Positions 28,897-38,467 of a stretch of DNA of 64,000 bases are shown one piece after another; position 1 is the stretch's first letter; each line of letters starts with the position of its first letter. A model generated the notes under the pieces. It saw only the letters and a list, made by a program, of their open reading frames with translations, had not been told where the DNA came from and did no database searches. The stretch spans positions 1 to 64,000 of the forward strand of contig WELA01003362.1 of NCBI GenBank assembly GCA_009602735.1. Direction: 5' to 3'. A program made the translations under genes and the position numbers. Source of the DNA: Mesotaenium endlicherianum. Its lineage: Eukaryota.

Positions 28897-29910
28897 TCAA
28901 TTTTTTTGCTGGAACTCCAAATAATAGATCTTCAACAAGATGATGAAATAAGAGATCAGCAAAGGACCGAATATGAGCCCTGTGATGCCGAAATAATGCA
29001 ACCCGATGATCACTCCCAACACCGTAACAATGGGATGCACATCCGCCATCCGCTTGGCCAGCGCAAAACGAACAAAATTATCCACCACACTGAGTACGAT
29101 AGATCCCCAGGCCAGCACAAAAACACCCTGCCAGGTATGACCCGTTGCTATTAAATAAATAGCCACCGGCACCCATACCAGCGCCGTTCCCACCACCGGC
29201 ACGATAGAAGAAAAACCAGTGATCACAGCCCAGAAACCCGCTTCGTTCATCCCTGCAATCAGGAAGGAAATATAAATAACCAGTCCCTGTACCACTGCAA
29301 TCAATGGAATGCCTACGGCATTGCTGACGGTCTGGGCTTTCAGCTCATGTCCGAACATTTTGATCTTGGACCGTTTGAAAGGCAGGTAAAAAATAACGGC
29401 CGCCTCCATCCGGTTGATGTTCACGATGAGGAAGTACAGGAAGAAATACATCATGGAGATATCGCTTACCAGGTTGAGACCCTGGTTGAGGGCTGAAGAA
29501 ATAAAATTGGTGAGCCAGGAAGTGAGCTGGTCTATGTTCTTGGACGATAACAGGGTGAAATGCAAATGCACCTGCAAGTAGGCATCGAGGTCTTTCAGCG
29601 GGCCGATGATCATCTGCGTGTTGCTGGTAACGGAAATGATCTTCGAATACAACATCGTTGCCAGTAATGAAATGGGCAGAAGAATGATGAAGAAGGAAAC
29701 CACAATGACCAGCAGGGCCGCCATGGGCTTGGACCAGCGCTTCTTTTTGATCAGCCATTCCACCGGCGATTTACTCAATACATAAAACATGATCGCTGCA
29801 AGAAAGGCGGTGAGGAACTGCACCAGACTGTACAGCAGGAAAACGCCGAAGAGGATGATGATGGCCAGGAAAAAATACCGGTTGATCTTATAATCTTGTC
29901 GTTGTAGCAT
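28897..29910 (-). CDS. AI-2E family transporter
   Basis: Multi-TM; PVVGTALVWVP, DN.VR, HP...LGVIIG..FG..GLIFGP; start at ATG 29910. Confidence 0.9.
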   Translation of the reverse strand: MLQRQDYKINRYFFLAIIILFGVFLLYSLVQFLTAFLAAIMFYVLSKSPVEWLIKKKRWSKPMAALLVIVVSFFIILLPISLLATMLYSKIISVTSNTQMIIGPLKDLDAYLQVHLHFTLLSSKNIDQLTSWLTNFISSALNQGLNLVSDISMMYFFLYFLIVNINRMEAAVIFYLPFKRSKIKMFGHELKAQTVSNAVGIPLIAVVQGLVIYISFLIAGMNEAGFWAVITGFSSIVPVVGTALVWVPVAIYLIATGHTWQGVFVLAWGSIVLSVVDNFVRFALAKRMADVHPIVTVLGVIIGLHYFGITGLIFGPLLISYFIILLKIYYLEFQQKN

Positions 29911-29963
29911 GCTTATCGTATTTTCGTAAAGCCCCTCACGAATATAATTCAAACCCCGCACCG

Positions 29964-30323
29964 ATGGAAAAGAACCGTTTCTTTACCGAGTCGCGCAAAG
30001 AGCTGGAACAATACCTGCTCGACCGTCTCTTACTCATGAAGCTGCAGGGTACCGGCCGGCTGGCCAGGCTGGTGGCGGTGCTGTTTTCGGTATTGGTGAT
30101 GGCCATACTGGCTGCTTTGATCATCCTGTTCCTGAGCATCATGGCAGGCTATTATTTTGCCGACCTAACCGGCAGCCTGTACAAAGGCTTTGGCCTGGTG
30201 GCGGGCTTTTATGTGCTGGTACTGGTATTATTGGTGATGGTACGCCGGAAATACGAGAAAAAGATCATTAACCTGATCATTGCGATAGTGCTGGATAACC
30301 CTAAAGACGATGACCGTGACTGA
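29964..30323 (+). CDS. Two-TM membrane protein, YqjE/holin-X-like
   Basis: Y...RL.L.KL followed by two TM helices. Confidence 0.65.
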   Translation: MEKNRFFTESRKELEQYLLDRLLLMKLQGTGRLARLVAVLFSVLVMAILAALIILFLSIMAGYYFADLTGSLYKGFGLVAGFYVLVLVLLVMVRRKYEKKIINLIIAIVLDNPKDDDRD

Positions 30324-30588
30324 TCCCATACAACAGATGCCCATCCGCAACCAGGAAGACCTGCAAAGGGCTGTATCGCTGGTGAAACAGCGCATCAGGA
30401 AGCGGGAAGAAGACCTGGAAGAACGCTGGGAACAGCTCCCCGAAGCCGCCGCCCAAACCATGATAGAAGCAGCCGTGCCGATGTTCCTGGGAAACCGCCT
30501 GGCATCGGTGGCGCTGCGGATGGGGAAAAAGGTGGTTTACAAGCTGCTGGACAAGTTTTTAGGCCCGTCATCGACGCCGTCATCCTGA
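30310..30588 (+). CDS. Hypothetical protein; stop codon supplied by repeat copy 3
   Basis: Overlaps upstream gene by 14 nt; coiled N-terminus. Confidence 0.65.
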   Translation: MTVTDPIQQMPIRNQEDLQRAVSLVKQRIRKREEDLEERWEQLPEAAAQTMIEAAVPMFLGNRLASVALRMGKKVVYKLLDKFLGPSSTPSS

Positions 30589-30692
30589 GCGAGCGAAGCG
30601 AGTCGAAGGACCTGCTGGCGGGTTCGGGCAGATCCCTCGGCTGCCCCTTCGACTCGCTTCGCTCGCTCAGGGTGACGTTGCTCGGGATGACG
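30578..30692. repeat. CGTC double-hairpin element, copy 3 (nested variant)
   Basis: Right-arm loop carries an extra CCCTTCGACTCGCTTCGCTCGCTCAGGGTGACG half element. Confidence 0.95.
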
Positions 30693-30765
30693 ATCGAAAA
30701 AATCCCTTATTCCCTACACATCCATCAGACATTTTCCCTACTTTTGCGGCCAATTCGAAATTTAA

Positions 30766-32292
<1,527 letters not shown>

Positions 32293-32297
32293 TAATT

Positions 32298-32543
32298 ATG
32301 ATTTTAGAAATACTGACTCCCGATAAAAAAGTATACAGCGGTGATGTGCTGGGTGTTCAACTGCCCGGTATCACAGGGTTGTTCGAAGTATTGGATAAGC
32401 ATGCTCCGTTGGTAAGCGCATTGGGAAAAGGACAACTCAAAATTCTGAAAGACAAGAACAGCACCGAGAGCTACAAGATCCAGAGCGGATTTGTAGAGGT
32501 CCTGAATAACAAAGTGACTGTGCTTGTAGAAGGTTGCGAATAA
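32298..32543 (+). CDS. atpC: ATP synthase subunit epsilon (short Bacteroidota form)
   Basis: LEILTPD, LPG..G.FEVL..HAPL, SGFVEV; follows atpD. Confidence 0.95.
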   Translation: MILEILTPDKKVYSGDVLGVQLPGITGLFEVLDKHAPLVSALGKGQLKILKDKNSTESYKIQSGFVEVLNNKVTVLVEGCE

Positions 32544-32571
32544 TGTAATCTTTCATTAATAATCTAATTCA

Positions 32572-32642
32572 TTGCCCCTGGCTTAAGCCAGGAGCAAAAA
32601 TAAAATGATCATTTAATTTTGCCCAGGGCTTAAGCCCTGGGC
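32572..32642. repeat. Doublet of GGCTTAAGCC palindromes (32572-32597 and 32621-32642)
   Basis: TTGCCCCTGGCTTAAGCCAGGAGCAA and GCCCAGGGCTTAAGCCCTGGGC. Confidence 0.9.
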
Positions 32643-32742
32643 TTTCTGTTAAAAAAAGCCTAATTCAAATAAATCTGGTTTGAAAGGAGATTTTGAAAGG
32701 GTAATTTAAGCGTCTTAATTAAACCCTTAAAACGATTGTACC

Positions 32743-32985
32743 ATGAAAAAACTTTTTGCATTAACAGTTCTGGCCGCTTTTTTTGTTGTTCCGGTAATGG
32801 CACAGGAAGGTAAAAAAGAAACTCCTAAACAAGAGAAGAAAGAATGGAAAAAAGACAAGATGAAGGACAAAAAAGAGTGGAAGAAAGATATGAAAGAGGA
32901 TAAAAAAGAAGACAAGAAAGAGGATATGAAAAAGCATCACAAGCACGATAAAGATGAAAAGAGCGAGAAAAAAGGGAACAAATAA
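32743..32985 (+). CDS. Small secreted Lys/Glu/Asp-rich repeat protein
   Basis: Signal peptide MKKLFALTVLAAFFVVPVMA|Q then KKEWKKD/KKED repeats. Confidence 0.75.
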   Translation: MKKLFALTVLAAFFVVPVMAQEGKKETPKQEKKEWKKDKMKDKKEWKKDMKEDKKEDKKEDMKKHHKHDKDEKSEKKGNK

Positions 32986-33021
32986 TAAATAAAATTATTA
33001 TTCAATTTGCTTCTTTGCCTC

Positions 33022-33096
33022 TTTGCCCTGGGCTTAAGCCCAGGGCAAAATAAAAATCATTATTCAAATCTTTGCCTGGGGCTTAAGCCCCAGGCA
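33022..33096. repeat. Doublet of GGCTTAAGCC palindromes (33022-33049 and 33073-33096)
   Basis: TTTGCCCTGGGCTTAAGCCCAGGGCAAA and TGCCTGGGGCTTAAGCCCCAGGCA. Confidence 0.9.
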
Positions 33097-33098
33097 TT

Positions 33099-33650
33099 TT
33101 AATTTAATTGAGGATCGATGGGGTAATTGATCATTTGCCGGTATTCGCCGCCCAGCTCTTTGAGGGCCTCCTGCCATACCAGGTCTTTATCATGATGGAA
33201 AACCAAATTCAAATTCGCCTGCCGCGTGATCCATGTTTTTTGTTCCAGTTCATCATTCAATTGCCCGGCGCTCCAGCCGCTGTAGCCAATGAAAAAACGG
33301 ATATCATCCGTATCTAAACTGCCTTCCCGCAGCTGTCCCAGCACTTCTTCAAAATCCCCACCCCAATACACGCCTTTGATCACTTCTGTTCCGCCCGGTA
33401 TAAGACCCGGCTGGCGATGCAGGAAATGCAGGGTGTTTTTCTGAACAGGGCCACCTTCGTAAAGCGGAAGATCAAGTCCCTCCGCTTCTTTGACCACATC
33501 CTCCAGTTTGGCATCGAGGGTTTTATTGAGCACGAATCCGAAACTGCCTTCGTCCTGGTGCTCGCAAAGCAATACCACCGTTCGGGTAAAATTAGGGTCC
33601 TTCAAAAAAGGGTCTGAGATCAACAATATACCGGGCGTGGGAGAAGTCAT
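33099..33650 (-). CDS. yqgE: YqgE/AlgH family protein
   Basis: DPNFTRTVVLLCEH, GFVLN, GGPV, FFIGYSGW..GQL..E, P.DPQLN. Confidence 0.92.
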   Translation of the reverse strand: MTSPTPGILLISDPFLKDPNFTRTVVLLCEHQDEGSFGFVLNKTLDAKLEDVVKEAEGLDLPLYEGGPVQKNTLHFLHRQPGLIPGGTEVIKGVYWGGDFEEVLGQLREGSLDTDDIRFFIGYSGWSAGQLNDELEQKTWITRQANLNLVFHHDKDLVWQEALKELGGEYRQMINYPIDPQLN

Positions 33651-33703
33651 AAGGAAAAGTTACAACATTTTACATAAACCCTGATCCTGTTATATTTGCT
33701 GCA

Positions 33704-35032
33704 ATGAAAAAAACTTTCCCGGTCATCATCATACTCATTACCCTGTCGCTCTTCGGATTGATCTGGCTGCAGGTATCCTGGCTGCGTAACCTCTTGCAAC
33801 TGCGAGAAGCACAATTGCTTACCAAGCTAAATGAAGTAGCAGCTACAGTGGCCAATGATATGAGTAAAGTAGTATATGGTGGCCAGAGCATACGCCCCCA
33901 ACGTAGGGGCGGAATGCGCTTAGGTTCCGAATTCCCGTTGTATGTGCCGAGACCGTTGACTATCAAAGAAAAGTTCTCTCTCCAGGATGTAACCAACCGG
34001 CTAAACAGGGCATTTGATATTGAAGAGATCAAGAATACCAGGTTCGAGTTTGCTGTGCTGAATAGCAATGCCGATTTCGAAATGGGAACGACTAATTTTG
34101 AAAAGGAAAGCGATGATACAATTAATAACCGGCAATTGATTGTTCCCATCATCCCGGATAGTGGAACGGATATGGAAGGACTGGCTTCTTTCGAACATCT
34201 GGTGATTGTATTCCCCGGTTTCAAATACCAGGTATGGAAATCGCAACGATGGGTAGTGTTTGGCGCTGCATTGTTCATGATCGTGATCATCGCTGCATTT
34301 TATGTAACAGTGAAGACCCTGCTCAATCAGAAAAAACTGAGTGAGATCAAGAGTGATTTCATCAACAACATGACGCACGAATTCAAAACGCCGCTGGCTA
34401 CCATTTCACTGGCGGTGGATGCATTGAGAAATGAAAAAGTACAACGCGATCCCGATAAGATGCAGTATTTCAGCGGCATCATCAAAGAAGAGAACAGGCG
34501 GATGAACAAACACGTGGAAACCATACTGCAGGCCGCTATTTCAGAAAGGCAGGAACTGAACCTCCACCTGAGTCAACTGCATGTGCACGAGATCATCCGG
34601 CGCACGATGGACAACTACCAGCTGCAACTGGAAGAGAAACAAGGCGCATCCAGTTTGTTGCTCAACGCAAAGAACGACCTGGTGTTGGCCGATGAAGTGC
34701 ATTTCACCAATATGATCTCCAACCTGGTAGACAATGCCATCAAGTATTCAAAAGAAAAACTGCAAATCAAAATATCTACCCATAGTACAACCAATTACCT
34801 GGTGATCAGGATTGAAGACAATGGCATTGGTATGAGTAAAGAAACGCTCAAACGTATTTTCGAAAAATTCTATCGCGCGCATACCGGTAACCTGCACAAC
34901 GTAAAAGGATTTGGCCTCGGTATGAACTATGTGAAAACCGTGATTGATGGGCACAAAGGAAAGATCAAAGTAGAAAGTGTAGTAGGACAGGGAAGTAGTT
35001 TTACTATTGAGATGCCGTTAAACAATGTCTGA
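33704..35032 (+). CDS. Sensor histidine kinase
   Basis: Two TMs; H-box FINNMTHEFKTPL, N-box NLVDNAIKY, G1 DNGIG, G2 GFGLG. Confidence 0.95.
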   Translation: MKKTFPVIIILITLSLFGLIWLQVSWLRNLLQLREAQLLTKLNEVAATVANDMSKVVYGGQSIRPQRRGGMRLGSEFPLYVPRPLTIKEKFSLQDVTNRLNRAFDIEEIKNTRFEFAVLNSNADFEMGTTNFEKESDDTINNRQLIVPIIPDSGTDMEGLASFEHLVIVFPGFKYQVWKSQRWVVFGAALFMIVIIAAFYVTVKTLLNQKKLSEIKSDFINNMTHEFKTPLATISLAVDALRNEKVQRDPDKMQYFSGIIKEENRRMNKHVETILQAAISERQELNLHLSQLHVHEIIRRTMDNYQLQLEEKQGASSLLLNAKNDLVLADEVHFTNMISNLVDNAIKYSKEKLQIKISTHSTTNYLVIRIEDNGIGMSKETLKRIFEKFYRAHTGNLHNVKGFGLGMNYVKTVIDGHKGKIKVESVVGQGSSFTIEMPLNNV

Positions 35033-36244
35033 CATCAACAAACATCCATCGCCATAGCTTAAGAACCTGAACCCATGCTCCAATGCATAGTTGTATATGC
35101 GCTTCCAATCATCTCCTACAATAGCTGCAACAAGCAATAGCAATGTAGACTGCGGCTGATGAAAATTGGTGATAAGTCCCTTGGCTATTTTTAGTTGGTA
35201 GCCGGGCGCCATGATGATCTGTGTTTTGGTCAACAACTTTTGCAATTGATGTTGTTGCATCCAATTGATCAAAGATTGTAAAGCAAGTGATGGACTGATA
35301 GCTTCATGCTTCAACTGGTAAGGCTCCCATTGGGTAAGATGCAACGCAGCTGGTTGTATATCCGGATGCAATATCGTTTTCACTCCTAACCAATAAAGAC
35401 TTTCAATGGTTCGCAGAGAAGTAGTACCTACAGGAACAATGGTATCAGGCCATTGTTGCAATAATTTTTCGATCACAGATAGAGGCACATCAATGAATTC
35501 AGCGTGCATATCGTGTTCTTCCATGGTGGCCGATTTCACGGGTTTGAAAGTACCAGCTCCTACATGCAACGTAACGAATTCGTGACGGATGTTTTTTTGC
35601 GAGAGCGACGCAAATACCGCATCTGTAAAATGCAGGCCGGCAGTGGGCGCTGCTACAGAACCATCGTACCTGGCATAGATGGTTTGGTAACGTTCTTTAT
35701 CGCTTTCTTCCGCAGCCCGGTTCAGATAGGGAGGCAAAGGCAATGCGCCTGCCATGTGCAACAATTCTGCAAATGAAAGCGTTTCATCGCTCCAGCTCAA
35801 TTCAATGATATAATGATCGGCTCGCTGCTCAATTTTTTTTGCCGATAAAACAATACCAGAGTCACTGAGTGCTTTGTGCAGCACCGGTTCTTTCCATTTT
35901 TTTGCGCCGCCTACCAGGCATTTCCACCACACTTTTCCTTTCTCCAGCATGGCTGAAGTAATATCGGGATACTGCTCGTGCGGCTCCAGGCAGAATATCT
36001 CTATGATACTACCGGTATTTTTCTGAAACAGCAGGCGTGCCTCCACCACTTTGGTGTTGTTGAAGACCAGCAGACTGCCCCCGGGCAATTCCCCGGCCAG
36101 TGAAGCATAAACCGTTTCACTGATCTGGCCGCCACGGTATACCAGGAGCCGGCTCTGGTCACGCGCTTCCAGCGGGAATCGGGCGATGCGGTCATCCGGC
36201 AGGGTATAGGTAAAATCCAGTATGGACAATGCTTTTGGATGCAT
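35018..36244 (-). CDS. queA: S-adenosylmethionine:tRNA ribosyltransferase-isomerase
   Basis: PLPPYL, YQTIYA, GSVAAPTAGLHF, LHVGAGTF, TNFHQPQSTL, RFLSYGD. Confidence 0.96.
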   Translation of the reverse strand: MHPKALSILDFTYTLPDDRIARFPLEARDQSRLLVYRGGQISETVYASLAGELPGGSLLVFNNTKVVEARLLFQKNTGSIIEIFCLEPHEQYPDITSAMLEKGKVWWKCLVGGAKKWKEPVLHKALSDSGIVLSAKKIEQRADHYIIELSWSDETLSFAELLHMAGALPLPPYLNRAAEESDKERYQTIYARYDGSVAAPTAGLHFTDAVFASLSQKNIRHEFVTLHVGAGTFKPVKSATMEEHDMHAEFIDVPLSVIEKLLQQWPDTIVPVGTTSLRTIESLYWLGVKTILHPDIQPAALHLTQWEPYQLKHEAISPSLALQSLINWMQQHQLQKLLTKTQIIMAPGYQLKIAKGLITNFHQPQSTLLLLVAAIVGDDWKRIYNYALEHGFRFLSYGDGCLLMSDIV

Positions 36245-36264
36245 AAAACGTGGTCCTGATGAGG

Positions 36265-36396
36265 TTAATCACATAAAAGAGGCGGTAATTCACCGGTTAT
36301 TCACACTAATTCACAGTTTGCGCAGGGGTGAAATGCCCGAAAATCGAGCAAATTCAACGCCTGTAAGCCTTTGGGGCTTATGCTTTTTGTGGATAA
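36265..36396. promoter_or_regulatory. Cluster of DnaA-box-like 9-mers
   Basis: TTATTCACA 36297-36305 and TGTGGATAA 36388-36396 match TTWTNCACA exactly; 1-mismatch boxes at 36265-36273 and 36307-36315. Confidence 0.6.
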
Positions 36397-36420
36397 ATAC
36401 AAATGTCCCATTTTTTCGCT

Positions 36421-36460
36421 AAAAGTGGGAAAAAGTGTTATTTTGTGTCAACAAGTGGTA
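36421..36460 (+). promoter_or_regulatory. Putative MraZ operator: four GTG(G/T) boxes at 10-bp spacing
   Basis: AAAAGTGGGA AAAAGTGTTA TTTTGTGTCA ACAAGTGGTA just upstream of mraZ. Confidence 0.7.
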
Positions 36461-36483
36461 ATCTTGGTAATATTTATCAACAA

Positions 36484-36933
36484 ATGAACGGTTTTCACGG
36501 CGAATATGAGGCTACGGTAGATGCGAAAGGTCGCTTCCTGCTTCCCGGCGGACTGAAAAAACAGTTACCGGAGGGGGAAGGGCGTTTCATCATCAGCCGT
36601 GGTTTCGAAAAATGCCTCACGCTGTACCCGCTCAAAAGTTGGGAATTGATCATTGCCAAGATCAGCCAGTTGAATGATTTCGATCCCAAGGTACGCCAAT
36701 TCCGTCGTCAGTTCCTGGGCGGAGCAACAGAGGTGGAGCTCGATAGCGCCGGCCGTATGTTGCTACCCGCTTCGCTGAAGGAGTTCGCCGGCCTGAGCAA
36801 GGATATTGTCCTGGCCGCGGCCCTTGACCGGTTTGAGATCTGGGATGCAGGTAAGTACAAACAGCTCTTTGAGGATTTTTCTCCGGAAGGATTCAGTGAT
36901 CTGGCTCACGACGTGATGAAGGAAATTAAATAA
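36484..36933 (+). CDS. mraZ: dcw cluster transcriptional repressor MraZ
   Basis: F.GEY..TVDAKGR..LP and ELDSAGR.LLP; start moved to ATG 36484. Confidence 0.96.
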   Translation: MNGFHGEYEATVDAKGRFLLPGGLKKQLPEGEGRFIISRGFEKCLTLYPLKSWELIIAKISQLNDFDPKVRQFRRQFLGGATEVELDSAGRMLLPASLKEFAGLSKDIVLAAALDRFEIWDAGKYKQLFEDFSPEGFSDLAHDVMKEIK

Positions 36934-36947
36934 TGGCTCCATATGCA

Positions 36948-37027
36948 CGTCATCCTGAGCGAGCGAAGCGAGTCGAAGGAGCTGCTTGAAGGTTCGGGCA
37001 GGTCCCTCGGCTACGCTCGGGATGACG
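36948..37027. repeat. CGTC double-hairpin element, copy 4 (mraZ-rsmH)
   Basis: Full 80-bp copy. Confidence 0.95.
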
Positions 37028-37040
37028 ATCAGAATTAATT

Positions 37041-37946
37041 ATGAAAAGCGATTATCACATTCCAGTGTTGTATCATGAAACCATGGAAGGGTTGCGTATC
37101 AACCCCGAAGGGATTTATGTCGACTGTACGTTTGGCGGCGGTGGGCATAGCAGGGGTATCCTGGAACAGTTGAACGAAAACGGGAAATTGTTTGCGTTTG
37201 ACCAGGATGCAGATGCGCAGCGAAATATTTCGAACGATGAACGCGTGGTTTTTGTGCCGCAGAATTTTCGTCACCTGCAACGTTTTTTGCGATTGCATAA
37301 AGTGACTGCAGTAGATGGTGTGCTGGCCGACCTGGGTGTGAGCAGTCACCAGTTCGACGAAGGCGACCGCGGCTTTTCAACGCGCTTTGCCGGTCCGCTC
37401 GATATGCGTATGGACAGGCGGCAGCAAGTATCTGCTGCTGATATTATTCGCACCTACACTGAGCAACGGCTGCACAAATTGTTTGAGCAATACGGTGAAG
37501 TGTCGAATGCCAAAACACTGGCGCGCCAGATCGTACAACAAAGAAATCATTTGCATGTTGCCACTATTGAACAGTTCAAATCACTGATCGCTCCGGTAGT
37601 AAAGGGAAATCCCAATAAGTACCTGGCGCAGGTATTCCAGGCTCTCCGGATGGAAGTGAACGACGAAATGGGTGCATTACAGGAAATGTTACAGCAGGTC
37701 CCTGCTGTGTTGAAACCGGGTGGCCGTGTAGCCATCATCACTTTTCATTCCATAGAAGACAGGATGGTGAAGAATTTTTTCCGCCAGGGAAGTTTCGATG
37801 AAACGCCCGATAACCCGCTATTGCCTGTGGTGAAGGAAGAAGTGCTGAAAGTGATTACTAAAAAACCAATCACTGCAAATGATGAAGAGTTGAAAAGAAA
37901 CAGTAGGAGCAGGAGTGCGAAGTTAAGAGTGGCGGAGCGAGTATAA
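37041..37946 (+). CDS. rsmH: 16S rRNA m4C1402 methyltransferase
   Basis: HIPVL, DCTFGGGGHS, DLGVSSHQFD..RGFS, FQALRMEVN, FHSIEDR, RSRSAKLR. Confidence 0.97.
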   Translation: MKSDYHIPVLYHETMEGLRINPEGIYVDCTFGGGGHSRGILEQLNENGKLFAFDQDADAQRNISNDERVVFVPQNFRHLQRFLRLHKVTAVDGVLADLGVSSHQFDEGDRGFSTRFAGPLDMRMDRRQQVSAADIIRTYTEQRLHKLFEQYGEVSNAKTLARQIVQQRNHLHVATIEQFKSLIAPVVKGNPNKYLAQVFQALRMEVNDEMGALQEMLQQVPAVLKPGGRVAIITFHSIEDRMVKNFFRQGSFDETPDNPLLPVVKEEVLKVITKKPITANDEELKRNSRSRSAKLRVAERV

Positions 37947-37953
37947 AATAGAA

Positions 37954-38033
37954 CGTCATCCCGAGCGTAGTCGAGGGAGCTGACCGAGCTTTCAAGCAGG
38001 TCCTTCGACTCGCTTCGCTCGCTCAGGATGACG
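37954..38033. repeat. CGTC double-hairpin element, copy 5 (rsmH-ftsL)
   Basis: Full copy, opposite orientation to copy 4. Confidence 0.95.
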
Positions 38034-38046
38034 ATAAGAATGAAAC

Positions 38047-38367
38047 ATGGAAAAAACGAACAATATTGCCAACAAGAACCCCTTCAAAGGGTTATTGAAT
38101 TACCAGTGGATCACGAAGAATATTCCCTTCTTCCTGTTCTTGTCGGTATTGGCTGTAGCATACATCGCAAACGGTCACCTGGCAGACAGAACCATGCGCA
38201 AGATCAACAGCACCGCCAGTGAACTGAAAGAACTGCAATACGAATACAAAACGATCAAGAGTGAAGTGATGTACAGAAGTGAAGAAGAACAGGTGGTGAA
38301 AGCGGCTGAGCCATTGGGTTTGAAAGTAGTGAGGGAAATGCCGCAACGATTAAAAGCAGAAAAGTAA
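38047..38367 (+). CDS. ftsL: FtsL-like cell division protein
   Basis: TM helix + coiled coil, YIANGH; position between rsmH and ftsI. Confidence 0.85.
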   Translation: MEKTNNIANKNPFKGLLNYQWITKNIPFFLFLSVLAVAYIANGHLADRTMRKINSTASELKELQYEYKTIKSEVMYRSEEEQVVKAAEPLGLKVVREMPQRLKAEK

Positions 38368-38378
38368 ATATAAAAAAA

Positions 38379-38457
38379 CGTCACCCCGAGCGTAGCCGAG
38401 GGGCCTCACGAAGCATTCAGCAGCTCCTTCGACTCGCTTCGCTCGCTCAGGATGACG
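38379..38457. repeat. CGTC double-hairpin element, copy 6 (ftsL-ftsI)
   Basis: CGTCACCCCGAG...GAGGGG variant left arm. Confidence 0.93.
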
Positions 38458-38467
38458 ATACAAAACG

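Noticed and set aside
29964..30588. Holin-like gene as evidence of a prophage
   Set aside because: No phage genes nearby; YqjE-like membrane proteins are ordinary chromosomal genes
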